NCBI GenBank assembly: GCA_965153285.1
Contig: OZ229111.1
Origin: Podarcis tiliguerta
Lineage: Eukaryota
DNA length: 64,000 nucleotides
Strand: one strand, 5' to 3'
Under the pieces are notes generated by a model, which worked only from the letters and a program-made list of their open reading frames with translations, was not told the DNA's origin and ran no database searches. Below are positions 13,961 to 27,235 of the stretch, piece after piece. Each line of letters begins with the position of its first letter. Position 1 is the stretch's first letter. Both the position numbers and the translations under genes were made by a program.

Positions 13961-14622
13961 GAGTGGGAGATGTGTAGGGTACAATTCTCCTCTTTCTTTT
14001 TTGTCCTGTTCAAGCTTAAAAGAAAAATGGGAGGGGGATTTTCCTAACCTTTATTGTAAAGTGAGGGCAGGCGCAGCTCCTACTCTATTCAGGGGTCAAC
14101 CAACACACTGGCAGGCCTCCTTTTGGCCCACATTGATGGAGGAGCACCAACTGCAGAACTTTCTCCATCCTCACAGAGCAGGCACAGGGAGTCAGATTCT
14201 CCTCTCCAAGGCCTCTGTCCCTGCCCTTGGAGAAGGGAGATCCCAAAAACCCTAGGCCCCCTGGAACACCCTCCGAGGTTAAACATATTTCCTTACATAG
14301 AAGCCTCCTGTCTGCTGCCACTGCCGCCAGACAATTTTGGGAGAGTAGAAGGGAGTGTTAGGGCAGGGCTCTGGAGCCCACAGTGGGAGGTTCCAAGCAG
14401 CTCACAGGTGGCCTCACTGAGCTCCTAATGGCAATTCTGGGTCTCTGAAAGAAACAAAGCAAGGCCAATTTCAAATCGAAAGGAGTTCTCCCATTATTAA
14501 ATAAATATTTTTTTGAAAAATTAGTAGCACTGACAGCATATGCAAAACATGCCTTCTTGAAGGTAAGAGCCCAATGGCTGGTCTCCTACTGGTTTACAGC
14601 TCACAAATATCACAAAGTAATA

Positions 14623-14864
14623 CAGTGGTACCTCGGGTTACATATGCTTCAGGTTACATACGCTTCAGGTTACAGACTCCGCTAACCCAGAAATAGTGCT
14701 TCAGGTTAAGAACTTTGCTTCAGGATAAGAACAGAAATTGTGCTCCGGCGGCGCGGCAGCAGCAGGAGATCCCATTAGCTAAAGTGGTGCTTCAGGTTAA
14801 GAACAGTTTCAGGTTAAGTACGGACCTCCGGAACGAATTAAGTACTTAACCCGAGGTACCACTG
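14623..14864 (+). mobile_element. Tc1/mariner-type MITE, copy 1 (242 bp)
   Basis: Perfect 18-bp TIRs CAGTGGTACCTCGGGTTA, TA flanks, internal CTTCAGGTTA repeats. Confidence 0.92.
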
Positions 14865-16654
14865 TATTTTCTTTTTACTTAAAATCAAGGACCAAAAAAA
14901 TATAAAAAAATATGCATGGCTAAAAATTGCCTTGGAAATCATTACTCTAAACACTAATAAATAAATGACCATTATCCAACCAATTTATTCATCTACTTTC
15001 CAACATAAATCAACTTCAATGAAACAGCATTATCATTTATACTTTTAAAACTAATTTGAAATTGACAGTAATATTATATAAAGCAACAGTTAGTGTCAGA
15101 CTTGAAGCCTACCTCAACTTTCGATCTGGTTCAGAGGCAGCCTGAGGAGTACAAGACTACAAGGGAGAACTGTAGGACACCTGCCGGTATGGACCCCCCT
15201 CATACACAAGCCCATTCTGGCCCAGATCCTCCAGACAATCCATTCAGAATTACATAGAAGAACCAGCCTAGATGGCAGCATCCCCTGCTGAGAAGTATGG
15301 AGGTGTGTCACTCCTGTACCAGAGATAGCATAAATCTGGCACACTGGCCCTTGGGAGCTGCATGTAAGTGTTCATGGCAATTAGCACTAGATTCATTTGA
15401 GAGTATAGAATCCTCCAGACTCTCTGTGCCAAATGCAAATCCCAGAGACTGTTTTGTGAACAGTGTTTTTAAAGTCTGTGCACAAATGACAATTTTCCAT
15501 ATTTTATGTCTTAATATAAAGGAGACTTTGGATCCAAGCTAAAATAAGGAAGAAGGAAAAGTGAAAATTATACCTAGCCAGCTTTCATTATGCAGTTTCC
15601 TTTTTACAAGAGAGAGGTTTAAATTGTTTAATGGAAATTTTTTATACACTGAACATACCGAGGCCTATCTTCTGCTTTTAGCATTTAAAACAATGTGTTA
15701 TGTGTGTGCGTTAGAAAAGGCATGCCGGATTATAAAACTGTTATTAAGGGTTAGGTAAAATGTCTGAATTATACCAGAAGAATGGCAACGAAGAAGCCTG
15801 CTTTGATTTTATTATGGTTGCAAATTTCAACGGGTTTGATTAGTCAACTAAATCATTAGACTATAATCCTATACTCACTTATCTTGAAGTAAGTTCAATG
15901 GGACTTACTTCTGTGTAGACATGGCTAGAATTGCACTGCTAATCAAGTTCCCTGCCCCTGAATTGTGACCCTTAAAAAGTACCATGTACTCCACCATGTT
16001 GCAGAATTTCTTCTTCTTTGTCCTTTCTGATGAAAAGGAAAGATGACAGTCTCTATCTAAAGCCAGCAGTTACTTTGAACTTGCTTGTACTTCACACTTA
16101 AGAGAAACTGCCTTTTTTTTTTTTTTTAGGAATCTCAAAAAGACATCTTCCTTGAGATTCTGCAACATACATGCTTACTGAAATGCAATAAATTGATAGA
16201 TAAATCCTTGATATACACACACAAAATGGTATATGTACTATAAATCCAGAAGATGGTCCCTTGCATGAAGAATCTACTCTAATTCACTTCTTCTACTGCC
16301 ATCTTCATCAAGAAAATAAAACCAAATCACAAGAAAATAATCCCTACCTTTCCTTTTACAATTCAAAATACTGTATTACAAGAAACTTTCGTCAATCAAC
16401 AATGTCAGAGTTTGCTAAACACAAAAATGAAGGTAATGTAGGTTCACCAACACCGTGTAAGATCTAGATGCAACAATGAAACTCTGAATTGAAATTTTCA
16501 GTTTCTAAAGGGGGTGGAATCACCTGTACATCTAGAATTTTAGACACATTCATGCTACTTTAATGCACTGACCAGTTAACTTTCTTGGCCCAGCCAGAAC
16601 AAAAATTCCAAAACAGTGCAAGCAGAGGGAAAAACTAAAAATAGAGCCCCAGCA

Positions 16655-17050
16655 AGTAAGGCTGATTTACAGCTTTATGAAAAGACAAAATGAAAAACTG
16701 TACTTGATCCCAACTGATAAACTGTGGAGCTGCCAGTGGTTTTTCAGAGCAGATGTAACATTTTAGCAAATGTGATTGTTTGTGAAAGAAATAATTCTGA
16801 TCAAAAACGAAATTGCAGCCAGCACAAGCTCTGCACTTTGTCATTGTAATCCACTCTGACAGGAAGCAGTAAGTGGAGATTCCTACTGTGAAAGGAGCAG
16901 ATGTGAAAGGTCAGCCTTGGCCTGGAACTTCAAAACCGTTAACGTGTAAAACAGTGTGCATTAAAGCCTGAAACAGCTAACCACTGGATTAACGGATGTC
17001 CGCTAAGTGGGTTTGATGTTCTTTTGGCAAGTAATGGTTAATTTTTAAAA
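16655..17050. promoter_or_regulatory. Candidate developmental enhancer in PCBD2 intron 2
   Basis: TGATTTAC, TTTATGA, 2x CAGATG, TAATCC, TGACAG, GGATTA and TTTGAT in repeat-free DNA; conservation not checked. Confidence 0.5.
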
Positions 17051-18765
17051 TAGGTATAATTGTAGTTTTTCTCTCCCACCCCCTTTATACCTTTTTACCA
17101 GCCAGAGTCGATTTTAATTACAGAGTATAATTTTTTTTAATGCTTTTAGAAAGAACGAAAAAGAACACACAATTTTTATGAACTTGTTCACGGCCGCAAT
17201 TTCAAAGTAGGTGAAGGCTGTTAAAGAGATTTGGATAGATGTAACCTCTGCACTAAATATTACATCCAAGACACCAAATATTTATCCAAAAGTGTTCATG
17301 AAATCTACAAGACAAAATGTTTATTAACATTTTAAAAATGAATGTCCAGCTGAGATCTTGTTGGAAGACGGAGGCGATGCAAAGCTAAAGACTTGCACAA
17401 CTGAAACAAAGCAGCTGAAAACAATACATGGTACAGATTGAATGAATAGTGATGGGTTTTTCAGACATGGCAGAACTCCAAATTTTAGTTAATCAAGCCA
17501 TCTTACAAGTATTCGGCAGCTCAAATTAAGAATAAATAGCTGCCTTCCTTCTGCAGTTGACCCAACCATATGTTCCTCTCCTTTTGAACGTAATGAGGAA
17601 TCATGAATTCACAAAGCTAGTAACTATGTGAAACTTCTGGATTTGGTACAGCTAAACTTGTGGCCCTGTTATACACTGAAAGATGGGCTATAAAATAAAT
17701 GTCTATGTTAAAACCAGAACATTTAATTCATTATCTATAAATACATCTCTTTTCATCCTTTCAAATTAGCTGACAAAGACAATTGCCACTATGCCTTGAG
17801 ATATCTAGTGGTGTTTTTATCCTCTTTCTTTCAAACACGCATAAAGTTTCAAAATCAGCAGGAGACACGAGGTGAGGGCTGCTATTCAGTTAATTTTTGT
17901 TTCTTACATTTACAACACATCTTTTATCCAAGAACGTAAATGCATTATATATAGTTGTCCTCTCCATTTTATCCTCACACCAAACCTATCAGGCTATGAG
18001 AGAATTACCGGCACAAATTAACCCAATAAGCTTCATGGTAGAGTCAGGATTTAAAACTGGGACTCCCCAGTCCTAGTGCAACACTCCAACTACACTGCTT
18101 CTTAAAAGCGCCAGGATTTTTTTTTTAAAAAAAAACTTTTAAAAAGTGTAAAGTCTCTCTGAGAAGCTAAGACAGTCACACAGTTGTTTGGATTACGGCC
18201 AGTGTTTTCACACATACTTAAGATTCACTGTAGAATAATTATTATAGCATATAATAGTTAATAAATCTATACTACTTTCAAAAGATTTGTTTTCATAAGA
18301 GCCAAACTGTATGGAACTTCCTGGCTCTATTTATTTTGGATAGGCCAGGATTAACATACCTAAACCTGTATTGCAATAATCACAGTAAATTCTAGAAGAG
18401 CATCTCCATTCAAGAGAAAGAGAGAGAATATACACGCACACACATGTTGTGCAGACTGTTGGGCTTGGACATGAAAACCATAGGTTCAAATCCCTATGCA
18501 GGCTTGAAGCTTTGGGGCAAGTCACTATCTCTCAACGTAATCTAACATACAGGTCTTTTATGAGTGCAAGCATCACTCTGAGGTTCTTGGAGGAAGTGAT
18601 GGGTAAATTATTTCACAGAAGAATAACAGAATCATAGTGTTGATTATTCACTTGTAACAAGTTAAATAACCTCACAACACCACTTAAAGAAAAGCCACAG
18701 CTAAATCTTACCGATAATAATATGCACCACGCCAGAAGTGTGGGGAAGGGCAACCGCATCTACCT

Positions 18766-18928
18766 TAGTGGCAGAAAGTTCCAGGTTCGGTTCCTGACAT
18801 CTCCAGGTAGGGCTGGGAATACCTCCTACCTGAAGTTCTGGGAAAGTCACTGCCAGACAGTGTAGGCAACACTGAACTAGATTGGCCAGTGGTCTGACTT
18901 AGTATAAGGCAGCTTCCTATATTCCTAT
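18766..18928 (+). mobile_element. Squamate tRNA-related SINE (Squam3-like)
   Basis: B-box-like GGTTCGGTTCC followed by the body CATCTCCAGGTAGGGCTGGGAA...GGCAGCTTCCTAT shared with other copies in the window. Confidence 0.65.
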
Positions 18929-21900
18929 GTGCAGCTAGAATCCCATTTTTATCAGCACAGCACACTAGCTCTTTTGGGCAGTTCATAGAAGGCAGACTAT
19001 AATAGCCCCAAGCCACTGTTTCTCAATTTCTATCCTTCATAGTTCAACATGGCATTTTCTGTGCCCAATCAAATTGCCAGTCTCATTCTAAAAACACAGT
19101 CAAACGGTCCCCAAAGACATCTGCAATGGTTTAATTATTAGCAATAGCTGTGCCTCCTGATACTGACCATTTATTATTTGGGCATCACAATAGCTAAACA
19201 TGAACAAAATAATACTTGGCATTTGTGCAGAATTCCGCCCCGCAACCAAGCACTCACAGGACTGACAACTGCTCCCTACCAAAACAGAGGTGAGCTCTGA
19301 TTCCTGTGTGAGCCATCACTGCCTTTATGACGCAATGGAATACAAAGGCAACAACCTAATTGGATGTCTTCTGATAAATTGTACCCAAAAAAATTGGTTT
19401 ACCAAAGGACCAGCCCCATAGTAAGAAGGCAGAATGAATGAAGGTAGTTAAGAGAGCCCAACTTCCTAAAGTTGATAAACGTGGTGAAAAATAATATATG
19501 GCAACAGTGCTAATTTCTCTTCCATAAGCATGTTGCCGTTTACAATGGCACTGTATTTTGAAATGAAATCTTGAGAAAGTATGCAACTTTGGAATCTGTG
19601 ATTGGTGGAACAACTACAGGCAGAAAGAATGGGACTCACATGGGGTAGTTTCACACCTGCCCTCTCACTCAGAAGTGGTTTGCTGCAATAGCTGCATTAG
19701 CGCTAAAGCTCTTATCTGCTGTACTACTTGCACTGCCAACACCAACTCTGTTCATTCTACTGCATTCAGACCAACTGAGAGGAAGTAGGTTTCTGCTGGT
19801 GCAAGCACACCCTTATGAAAATAGAGCTAACAATGTAGCGTGAAAGTTCGATTGTTTAAATTGGGGGGGGGGGGAGCTGATATTGTTTTTTAAACTAACT
19901 GCACATAGGGATGAATGTTGCCTTGACCTTCGGTCTCTTAACAGACTCGAGCATTTTTAGTGATGCTTTTGACTACCATTGACACACTAACTGCTGTGAA
20001 GTTAAGCATTTGAATGCAGACAACTGCAACAACCTGTGGAACTTCATAAATTCTCCTATTTACAAGGGAAAACAATGTCAAATTTCATAATAATTTAAAA
20101 AAAAACCCACGTTGATCAGGTTTACCAGTTTCCTAGTCTTTCTCTCAAGACAGAAGAAATGATAAATGGTTAATTTTAAAGTTCACTTAATCATCACCCA
20201 GAAAATTAGCTTTTGGCACTAGCAGCATGTTAAAATTACGAATGGATGGAAAGCTTCCAGGTCTCACAGCTAAACCTTTGCCCTGCAATCTTTTGAGTCT
20301 GATACAAGAGTGTTATTTACTCACCCAACGCGAAGTTATAAACCAAAAGAGAATCTGGTCTCGTCAGAACTACTTGTTTTTCATATATATATATATATAT
20401 ATATATGCTTAGAATTGTATTACCAGTCTACTCTTGCACTAAGGTTTTGATACTTTTGCACCTGTGAATTGATATCTTTGAGTCCTGGAAATTTTACCAC
20501 CAGCTTTTCATAAAAGAAATAACCTCAAACAGGTACAGAAACCAGAAGTTCAATATTCAACCACCATTTTCAAATACAGAGGTTTTTCTCCGCTTTCAAA
20601 CACTGCTCGTAAATAACCTTGATTTATAGCAAATCGGCTATTTTATCCCTGTATACAGGGAGGCTACCCATCAACCTAACTACCCAAAGAATTACTGTTA
20701 TAAACTTTGCAGGTGCGCAAATCACAGCATATGGCAGAGGACTCAGGATAATGGGAAATGAGGCGGCTCAGGAAAAAACATATGAAAAACACAGGCCCAA
20801 CGTAGGTGGATATAAAACTCATTCAAAAGGTAATCAAGTGCAACAGTATAAAATGGGAGCAACTAAGACAATGAATCCACTGAAAGCCATGAAAATGAAC
20901 TTGGCTTTTGAATGGTCAACCTATCAGATCTTCAGTGCTCTTCTTTAGAAAAGAAGCACATCCGACACAAGCTACACCCAAATGCAATCACTGGTGTGAC
21001 TCCAATAAGATTCACGCAAAAGGGCTAAATTTGTCACAAATGCTTTTGTTTCCGATCCTAATAGAGCCAAGTTGCATTACTCTGACCTCCATTTAACAAA
21101 TCAACTTAATGGGTGCTGGGAGTGCCGTAAAAACCTTAACAGTGGAGTGATTTTTAAAACTTTAAAAAATATAGTTATGAAGCAAAATGTTAGGAGAACC
21201 CCTTCAATACTGGAAATCAAATTAAATCTAGACATTTCTAACAGTCTTGACAGATATAATCCTGGTTACCATGTAAATTTATGGTAAGCTGCTGTGATAT
21301 TAGCCACAGGTGCTACTTTTAATATATGGGCCGCATCTGGCTGGGAATAAAGTTTCTCAGAGGACTAGAAATGACCTCACTATCAGACAATGGAGGGGAG
21401 GGAAACACAAGGCCACTGTGGCATATAAAAAGCAAGAGATGTGGCCCACAACTGAATATTTGACATAAAATTCATTTTAAGTTTGCAGGTTGTAGGCTAA
21501 AAGATATTATGTTTTCAGTACATAAAAAGGCGTAGACATTTTTCAGTCAAAGAGCCAAAGGATTAAGTATTGCAAGACAGCTATGAAATATTCGGACTAT
21601 GCCCATAAAAACAACTTGACTCGACTTTGATCAACAGAGAAGACAAAGGGATGTGACGAGAAAGTTACAGAGTGGCGGGGTAGGGGAAGAATGTATCCAA
21701 ATTCAAGTAAGTTCCCAAGGACGTAATTGTTTTATACAGCAAGCTGACCTACATTTAAGGAATAGCTGACTCCAGGAAGCTGCCAATTGATTAAAAACCT
21801 ATGCCAAAGAATTCTAGTACCACAGACTAAGAGAAGTATTCCCTTCATGGTACTTAATTAAGTAGAGATAAAAATAAATAAACAAAACCCAGCACCTTAT

Positions 21901-22469
21901 GCCAAGAAGCTATCACCACATATGAAGAATACCATGACTAGAGACCAGTCCATCTAGGTCTCCCCTAGTACTCCGTTTATAAGCAGAGCTGGTTGTCCCT
22001 CAGCTGAAAAGTTCCAAGTGGAGAGAATTAAATTCTTCAACTTGCGCTCTGTGCTCCGAAGTATTCACATTTTATAAAGCATGCATAACTGCAATAGCTG
22101 TGGTTTTGCAGAATTCAAAGGCCAAGATCAAAGAGCCCCAAGAACATAAAGAGGGGTTGCCAACTTGTGGCTGTGTTGACACTGAATGTCGTCATGGTGG
22201 GGAGCTGTCTCCTGACTTTCAGAAGCAGCTTTGGCAAGAGAGGTTCCAAGGGTGGGGATAAGGGGGCCTAAAAAGCCCTGGTGCACACACAGAATGCCAT
22301 GCGCAGTCTGCCAAAGCAATTCTATTTTGGTGGTAGTTAGCAAGGGAACAGGTGCTAGCAGCTATTAACAAGGAAATCTTACAAAGAAGTAAGTCCCACT
22401 GTGTTCAATGGAGCCTATTTCCAGCTAAGTACGAATGGCATTGTAGACTATGTGTAGCAATGAGCTATC

Positions 22470-23370
22470 TATTATTACTACTATGTAATGACCTACCCTT
22501 CACCAGCGGGTCCCCAGGGCAGGTGACAACAAATTACAAATCAGTATTAAAAACAGCTAAAACAAATTGCAGTCATAAGGTGGGTGCTGAAAACACGTCT
22601 CGGATGGTAAAGGCCAGAATAAAGAGGTGCGTGTTCAGCATTCAATGAAAGCTGTACAGTGAAGACACCAGACCCACGTCTGTGGGGAGGGAATTGCACA
22701 ACTCACAGGCTGCCACAAAGAATGCCTTCCCCTGAGTCAACACCACTCAAAACTTAAAAGTGTGATGGAACTATTAAGAGGGTCCCCTCTGCTGATCCTA
22801 ACACCCAAGTGGGTCTGCAGGACAGGAGATGGTCTCTAATATTTGGGCCCTAAGTAATTTAGAGCTTTAAAGACTAGTGTGAGCACCTTAAATTGGAACC
22901 AGAAATGAACTGGCAGCCACTGTAGAACAAGGCTTTTATGGGTTCTAAAGGCAACCCCTGCCAATAATCTGGCTACGGCATTTCAAAAGAGCTGAAGTTT
23001 CTGAGTTGTCTTCAAGGGCAGCCTAATGTGGAGCACATTGCAATAATCCAGTTCGGAAGTTACCAGAGCATGGGGCAATGTGGCCAAGTCATCTCTATCC
23101 AAAAGGAGCCAGGTCTGGTGAACTAACCGTTGCTGCAAATAGGTACTCCTAGCTACCAAGGCCACCTGGATCTCAAGTGACAATATGGGATCCAGGAGTA
23201 TGGACCTGATCCTTCCAGGAGAATGCAACTCTGCCTGAAACAAGCAATCTACCCACTTCCTTGAGAACTTGGAACACACAACAACTGTGTCTTTTCAAGG
23301 TTCAGCTTCAATTTATTGGCCCATATCAAGCCCATTACTGTCTCCAAATACCTGTCTAGCACCTCAGCCA
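22470..23370 (-). mobile_element. L2/CR1-clade LINE ORF2 3' fragment (decayed)
   Basis: Minus-strand translation HALVTSELDYCNVLHIRLPLKTTQKLQL matches the post-RT region of L2-type ORF2; frameshifted; boundaries approximate. Confidence 0.75.
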
Positions 23371-23573
23371 CCTGACCACTGGTTTTCAATTAGTGGGCTG
23401 GGAGGGACCCATTATTGGGTTGTGGTTTAATCCAAGAGGGGTCTGCAACAGCAGCACTACCACCATACAACTGTTTTAAGAAAATTTAAGAAATAGGCCC
23501 CCAAGTGCATGTTGGAGTTAAACGTGAGCCCCAGGGCTGAAGAGATTGGAGACAACTAATCTAGAGCCCTGAA

Positions 23574-23663
23574 CATAGCTGTCAACTTTTCCCTTTTCTT
23601 GTGAGGAATCCTATTCAGAATAAGGGAATTTCCCTAGAAAAAAGGGAAACGTTAACAGCTATG
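23574..23663. mobile_element. hAT-type MITE (90 bp)
   Basis: 24-bp TIRs CATAGCTGT(C/T)AAC(T/G)TTTCCCTTTT; perfect 8-bp TSD GCCCTGAA. Confidence 0.9.
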
Positions 23664-25921
23664 GCCCTGAATCTTTCCCCCCAAAAAACTCAGCCGAAAG
23701 CCCTGTTGGGTTTTTGAGCCATCACCAGCATAAGTACCCCCCCAAAACATAGAGTTACTATAAGGACTCAACTCTTGCAAATAATGCTAGATGGGATGGG
23801 GATGGGTAGAAAAAGATCCAAACCAGGAAGTCTGTCAATTAACAAACAAATCAACACATATCAGCCATCTTATGCAGCATATTAAATTCTACTTTTTGAG
23901 TGTGAGACTGTGGCTTTCCCCTTTGCATTCTTTGGTTCAGTGGTGCAAACCAAGATAAATCCCTATCCAACATCCTTCAGGTCCCAAACTGAGAGACATG
24001 CTGGGAGCTTGACAACCACAACAAGTGTCTATACAATCTGCTGCTGTGTTCACAAGGCAATCTGCTGCTGCGTCCCAAGACAACTGCCTTCTGTGTGGAA
24101 TCTCTCCTAACAACATTCAGTTCTAGCCTGGAAAGGGTCATCATGCTTTCCTTTTTTCTTACTCCACCCACTCAACAGCTAATGGAAGCTACTGTGTGGG
24201 GTGAAGCTTTTCAGTGATACATTACTGAGAGGATTTGGAGACAATTCCCTCTCCTTCAATTGTTGCACTGCACACAAATAGCAGGAGTCTTCCCCGCACC
24301 CCATGTGTGATGTGTCTCTACAGCAACTCCATGCATGGAAACCTATTTCTACGTGCAGATTGCTGTTGCTGTATTGAAACATTCATCTGCATTATCTCAA
24401 ACATTTCTCCAAAACTATGAGAATTAGATACTATCAATCCATGCTAAATAAGAAAATATTAATTATAAATCTCAGTTAGAGAAGAGTATCATTTAATGGG
24501 CCCAAGGACACCTACAAATGTGCAAAAAAATACCCTAATAGGATACAGGCAACTGAGAGAAACCTGTATGTTTTCAGAAATTACTAAACTTACTGGAGTT
24601 AAGGAATTGACAGTTAATAAAACTTCAGTACCAAAACTACTATTTAGTTTGCTCTGCATACTGCTCAAGCCTTTATACAAATATATGACAAGAAATCTTA
24701 TAAAGGGATATCCACTATGATTCTTATGGTTCAGGATTGTGAAATACAGTCACTGCAGATGAAGTCGAGAACCCTGAAATCTTCTCCAGGAAACTCAATT
24801 CAGCTCAGCGGGATTCCTGAAACATATTTCTTTGTACAACTGAATTGGCAACCTGCCTGCAGCCTACTTCCATTAGATTATTCATGTATCTAACAAGACT
24901 GAAACAGAACCTAGTCATGCATCTTAAAAATCAGGCTAGAAGTCTTCAAACAGGAATACCACCCTGTTAAAACATATTAACTACAGTCCTGACACTCACA
25001 GGGTTTACTTTCTCACATCAGTTATAGGACGCAAAAAAGTGGTACCAAAAGCTAAATGAAGTCTTTAACTTGAAGCCTTTATTTAATAAACATAGTAGTT
25101 TTTTGTAAACTGCCTTCAAGTATCCCAGCCAGTCCTGCGTATCTTCAACATGTGCCCCTTTTTCTAAATATCCTTCTCTCTTCTATTGCCGTTTGGCCAA
25201 AATAAACAGGAAACTTGGCTGACAATACGGGAGAAAGGAAGAAACTCCGTAACTACTTCCAAACTCAAGGAACGCCGTTTCCTCTACCCTTTCAACTGTA
25301 ATCATATTCTATGCTACCTACAAAACACACACACACACACACACAAAACCCAGAGAAGAATCTTTCCAGTCAAACACATGATTTTGAAGGGTATTCCTTT
25401 TGTGATGAAATCCAGCCTTGTGATGATGGCCCTTTTCAAGAGACAGACTGGGATGCAATCAGAAACAAACAAGAGGTGATGCAAAACAGAGATGTCTCAT
25501 CTCCAAACATCTGGTAAACTGACCTTCTCTGGTCTAGATGTTTGCAAGACTTTTGTTATGCACGCTGAGAGGAAATAGGGTTAATGAATGCTGCACTGCA
25601 GAATTCTGATACATAATGAATTAGGTTTTAATTGATAACTGCATGTGTTTTGTACTTTTAAAAAAATCCACAAGAGATGACAAATTCAAGTTATAGCTGT
25701 AATTTTCAGCGAAGCTTACTGAACTGCCTACATATTAAAACAGGAAAGTAACAGATAGCCGTTTCTCCCAAATCCCCAATTTTTCTGTTCCTTTTTAAAA
25801 AAAGAAAAAATATAGACCAAAAAAGGAAGTGTAAAGAGCTTCTTTCTGTTTGGATGTATATAATCAGCTCTTCAACAGCCATATTTCCTGGCTCAAATAA
25901 AGAGCTAGCTTTCCTCTAGAG

Positions 25922-26129
25922 CAGGGTTCACAACCTTTTTTTGCCATCCCCACCTAAGCATCTCTAAAATCCTGATGCCACCCCCTTATTATTCAAAAAG
26001 TGAACTCCCATTCACATGGAAGAAGCCTAAAAGGCCATTAACTGTTAATAACTCATTCTCGAATTGCCCCCTTTAAAAATCAAATTGCCCCCCTGTGGGG
26101 GGGGGGGTGCCCCGCGTTGGGAACCACAG
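25922..26129. mobile_element. hAT/Charlie-type non-autonomous element
   Basis: Imperfect TIRs CAGGGTTCACAAC / CTGTGGTTCCCAAC; 8-bp TSD CTCTAGAG/CTATAGAG. Confidence 0.75.
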
Positions 26130-27069
26130 CTATAGAGACTGGTTTTTCACTGTGGGCTGCGCATAAATACAGAACTCTTTTGGGTAGTAGTTGGAGACCA
26201 AGTTATGAATCAAGAACTCCCTGGTTTGAATCTTATGTCACCCATGAACTTCAGCAAGCTACTCTCTCACAGCCTCAGTCCTGGGTTGTATGGATTAAAA
26301 ATGGACAACTAAGAGTGCTATATAAATATTAAGAAACATATATTATTATGGTAAGATTTTACTATCAGATTTATATGTACCTGCAAGAATCCTATTCACG
26401 TTGATCATTCCTCTCTCCACAGATGAAAAGGATATGGTCACATGAGCAAGTTTAAGATAAAAGACCATGTCTGCATTGTTCAGACACAACATCAAAGGCA
26501 ATATAATGGTAAGTATAATCTAAAAGCAATGAAAGGAAAGGAAAAAATGGAGTTCCTATTCCGCCTTTTTATTCTTCACCTATGGTCCGAGCATAAGCCA
26601 ATAGGTCTTACGTATTTAAAAGCATTTTTATGTCTTCTTCCTTCAGCCCGAAAGGCTCCCTGAGTAGCTTTTGTAAGATAAAGAAAAACCAGATAGTCCC
26701 TGCCTATAGGCTGACTTTCTAAAAGACATGACACAAAGGAAAAAAGGAGGGGGAGGGAAGATGTTATACTATATTTACAACTTGGTAGAAGATATAGAGA
26801 TTGTCAGAATTCTAAAGCATGGTATTTTAGAACAATTCCGTAAATCCATAACTTGACAGCTTGTCAGTGAAAACTTTTACCAAGTAAACTACCTCTGACC
26901 CATATTTACCCTGATTTGCAAAGAATCTGTCCATTCTTCCTCTGCTGGATGTAATACACAAAATAATAGATATTCCTATGGGCTTACAAAACTTTGGCAA
27001 TAAGGCATGTTAACATCTGTTGATATACAGTCTTCAAAACCTGGAATGAATAAAGAGTTTTCTAAGCAT

Positions 27070-27235
27070 CATATGTCATTTGTGTTATCTGTGAAAGCAA
27101 TAAAAATTCAATGAACAGATCAATCAACTCAATATCATGTGCAACAAATAAATCTGAAATGCCTTTTATGTCATTTCAACTTGTCAGCTTTTTACACACC
27201 TGATTTTATGCCATCTGCAAAGGGCAAAGTGAAGC
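27070..27235. promoter_or_regulatory. Candidate limb-type enhancer in PCBD2 intron 2
   Basis: CAATAAAA, ATCAATCA, 3x TGTCA, 2x TTTTATG, CACACCT and CATCTG within 150 bp. Confidence 0.5.

Noticed and set aside
14623-14864. CRISPR-like repeat-spacer look of the CTTCAGGTTA units
   Set aside because: Eukaryotic context, irregular spacing, enclosed by TIRs and TA flanks; it is a MITE.
15865-15935. Short imperfect palindromes (also near 5250-5355, 29465-29570, 29890-29985, 30695-30775, 31560-31680, 63877-63965) as possible miRNA hairpins
   Set aside because: They recur many times in degenerate form and are best explained as old palindromic squamate repeats.
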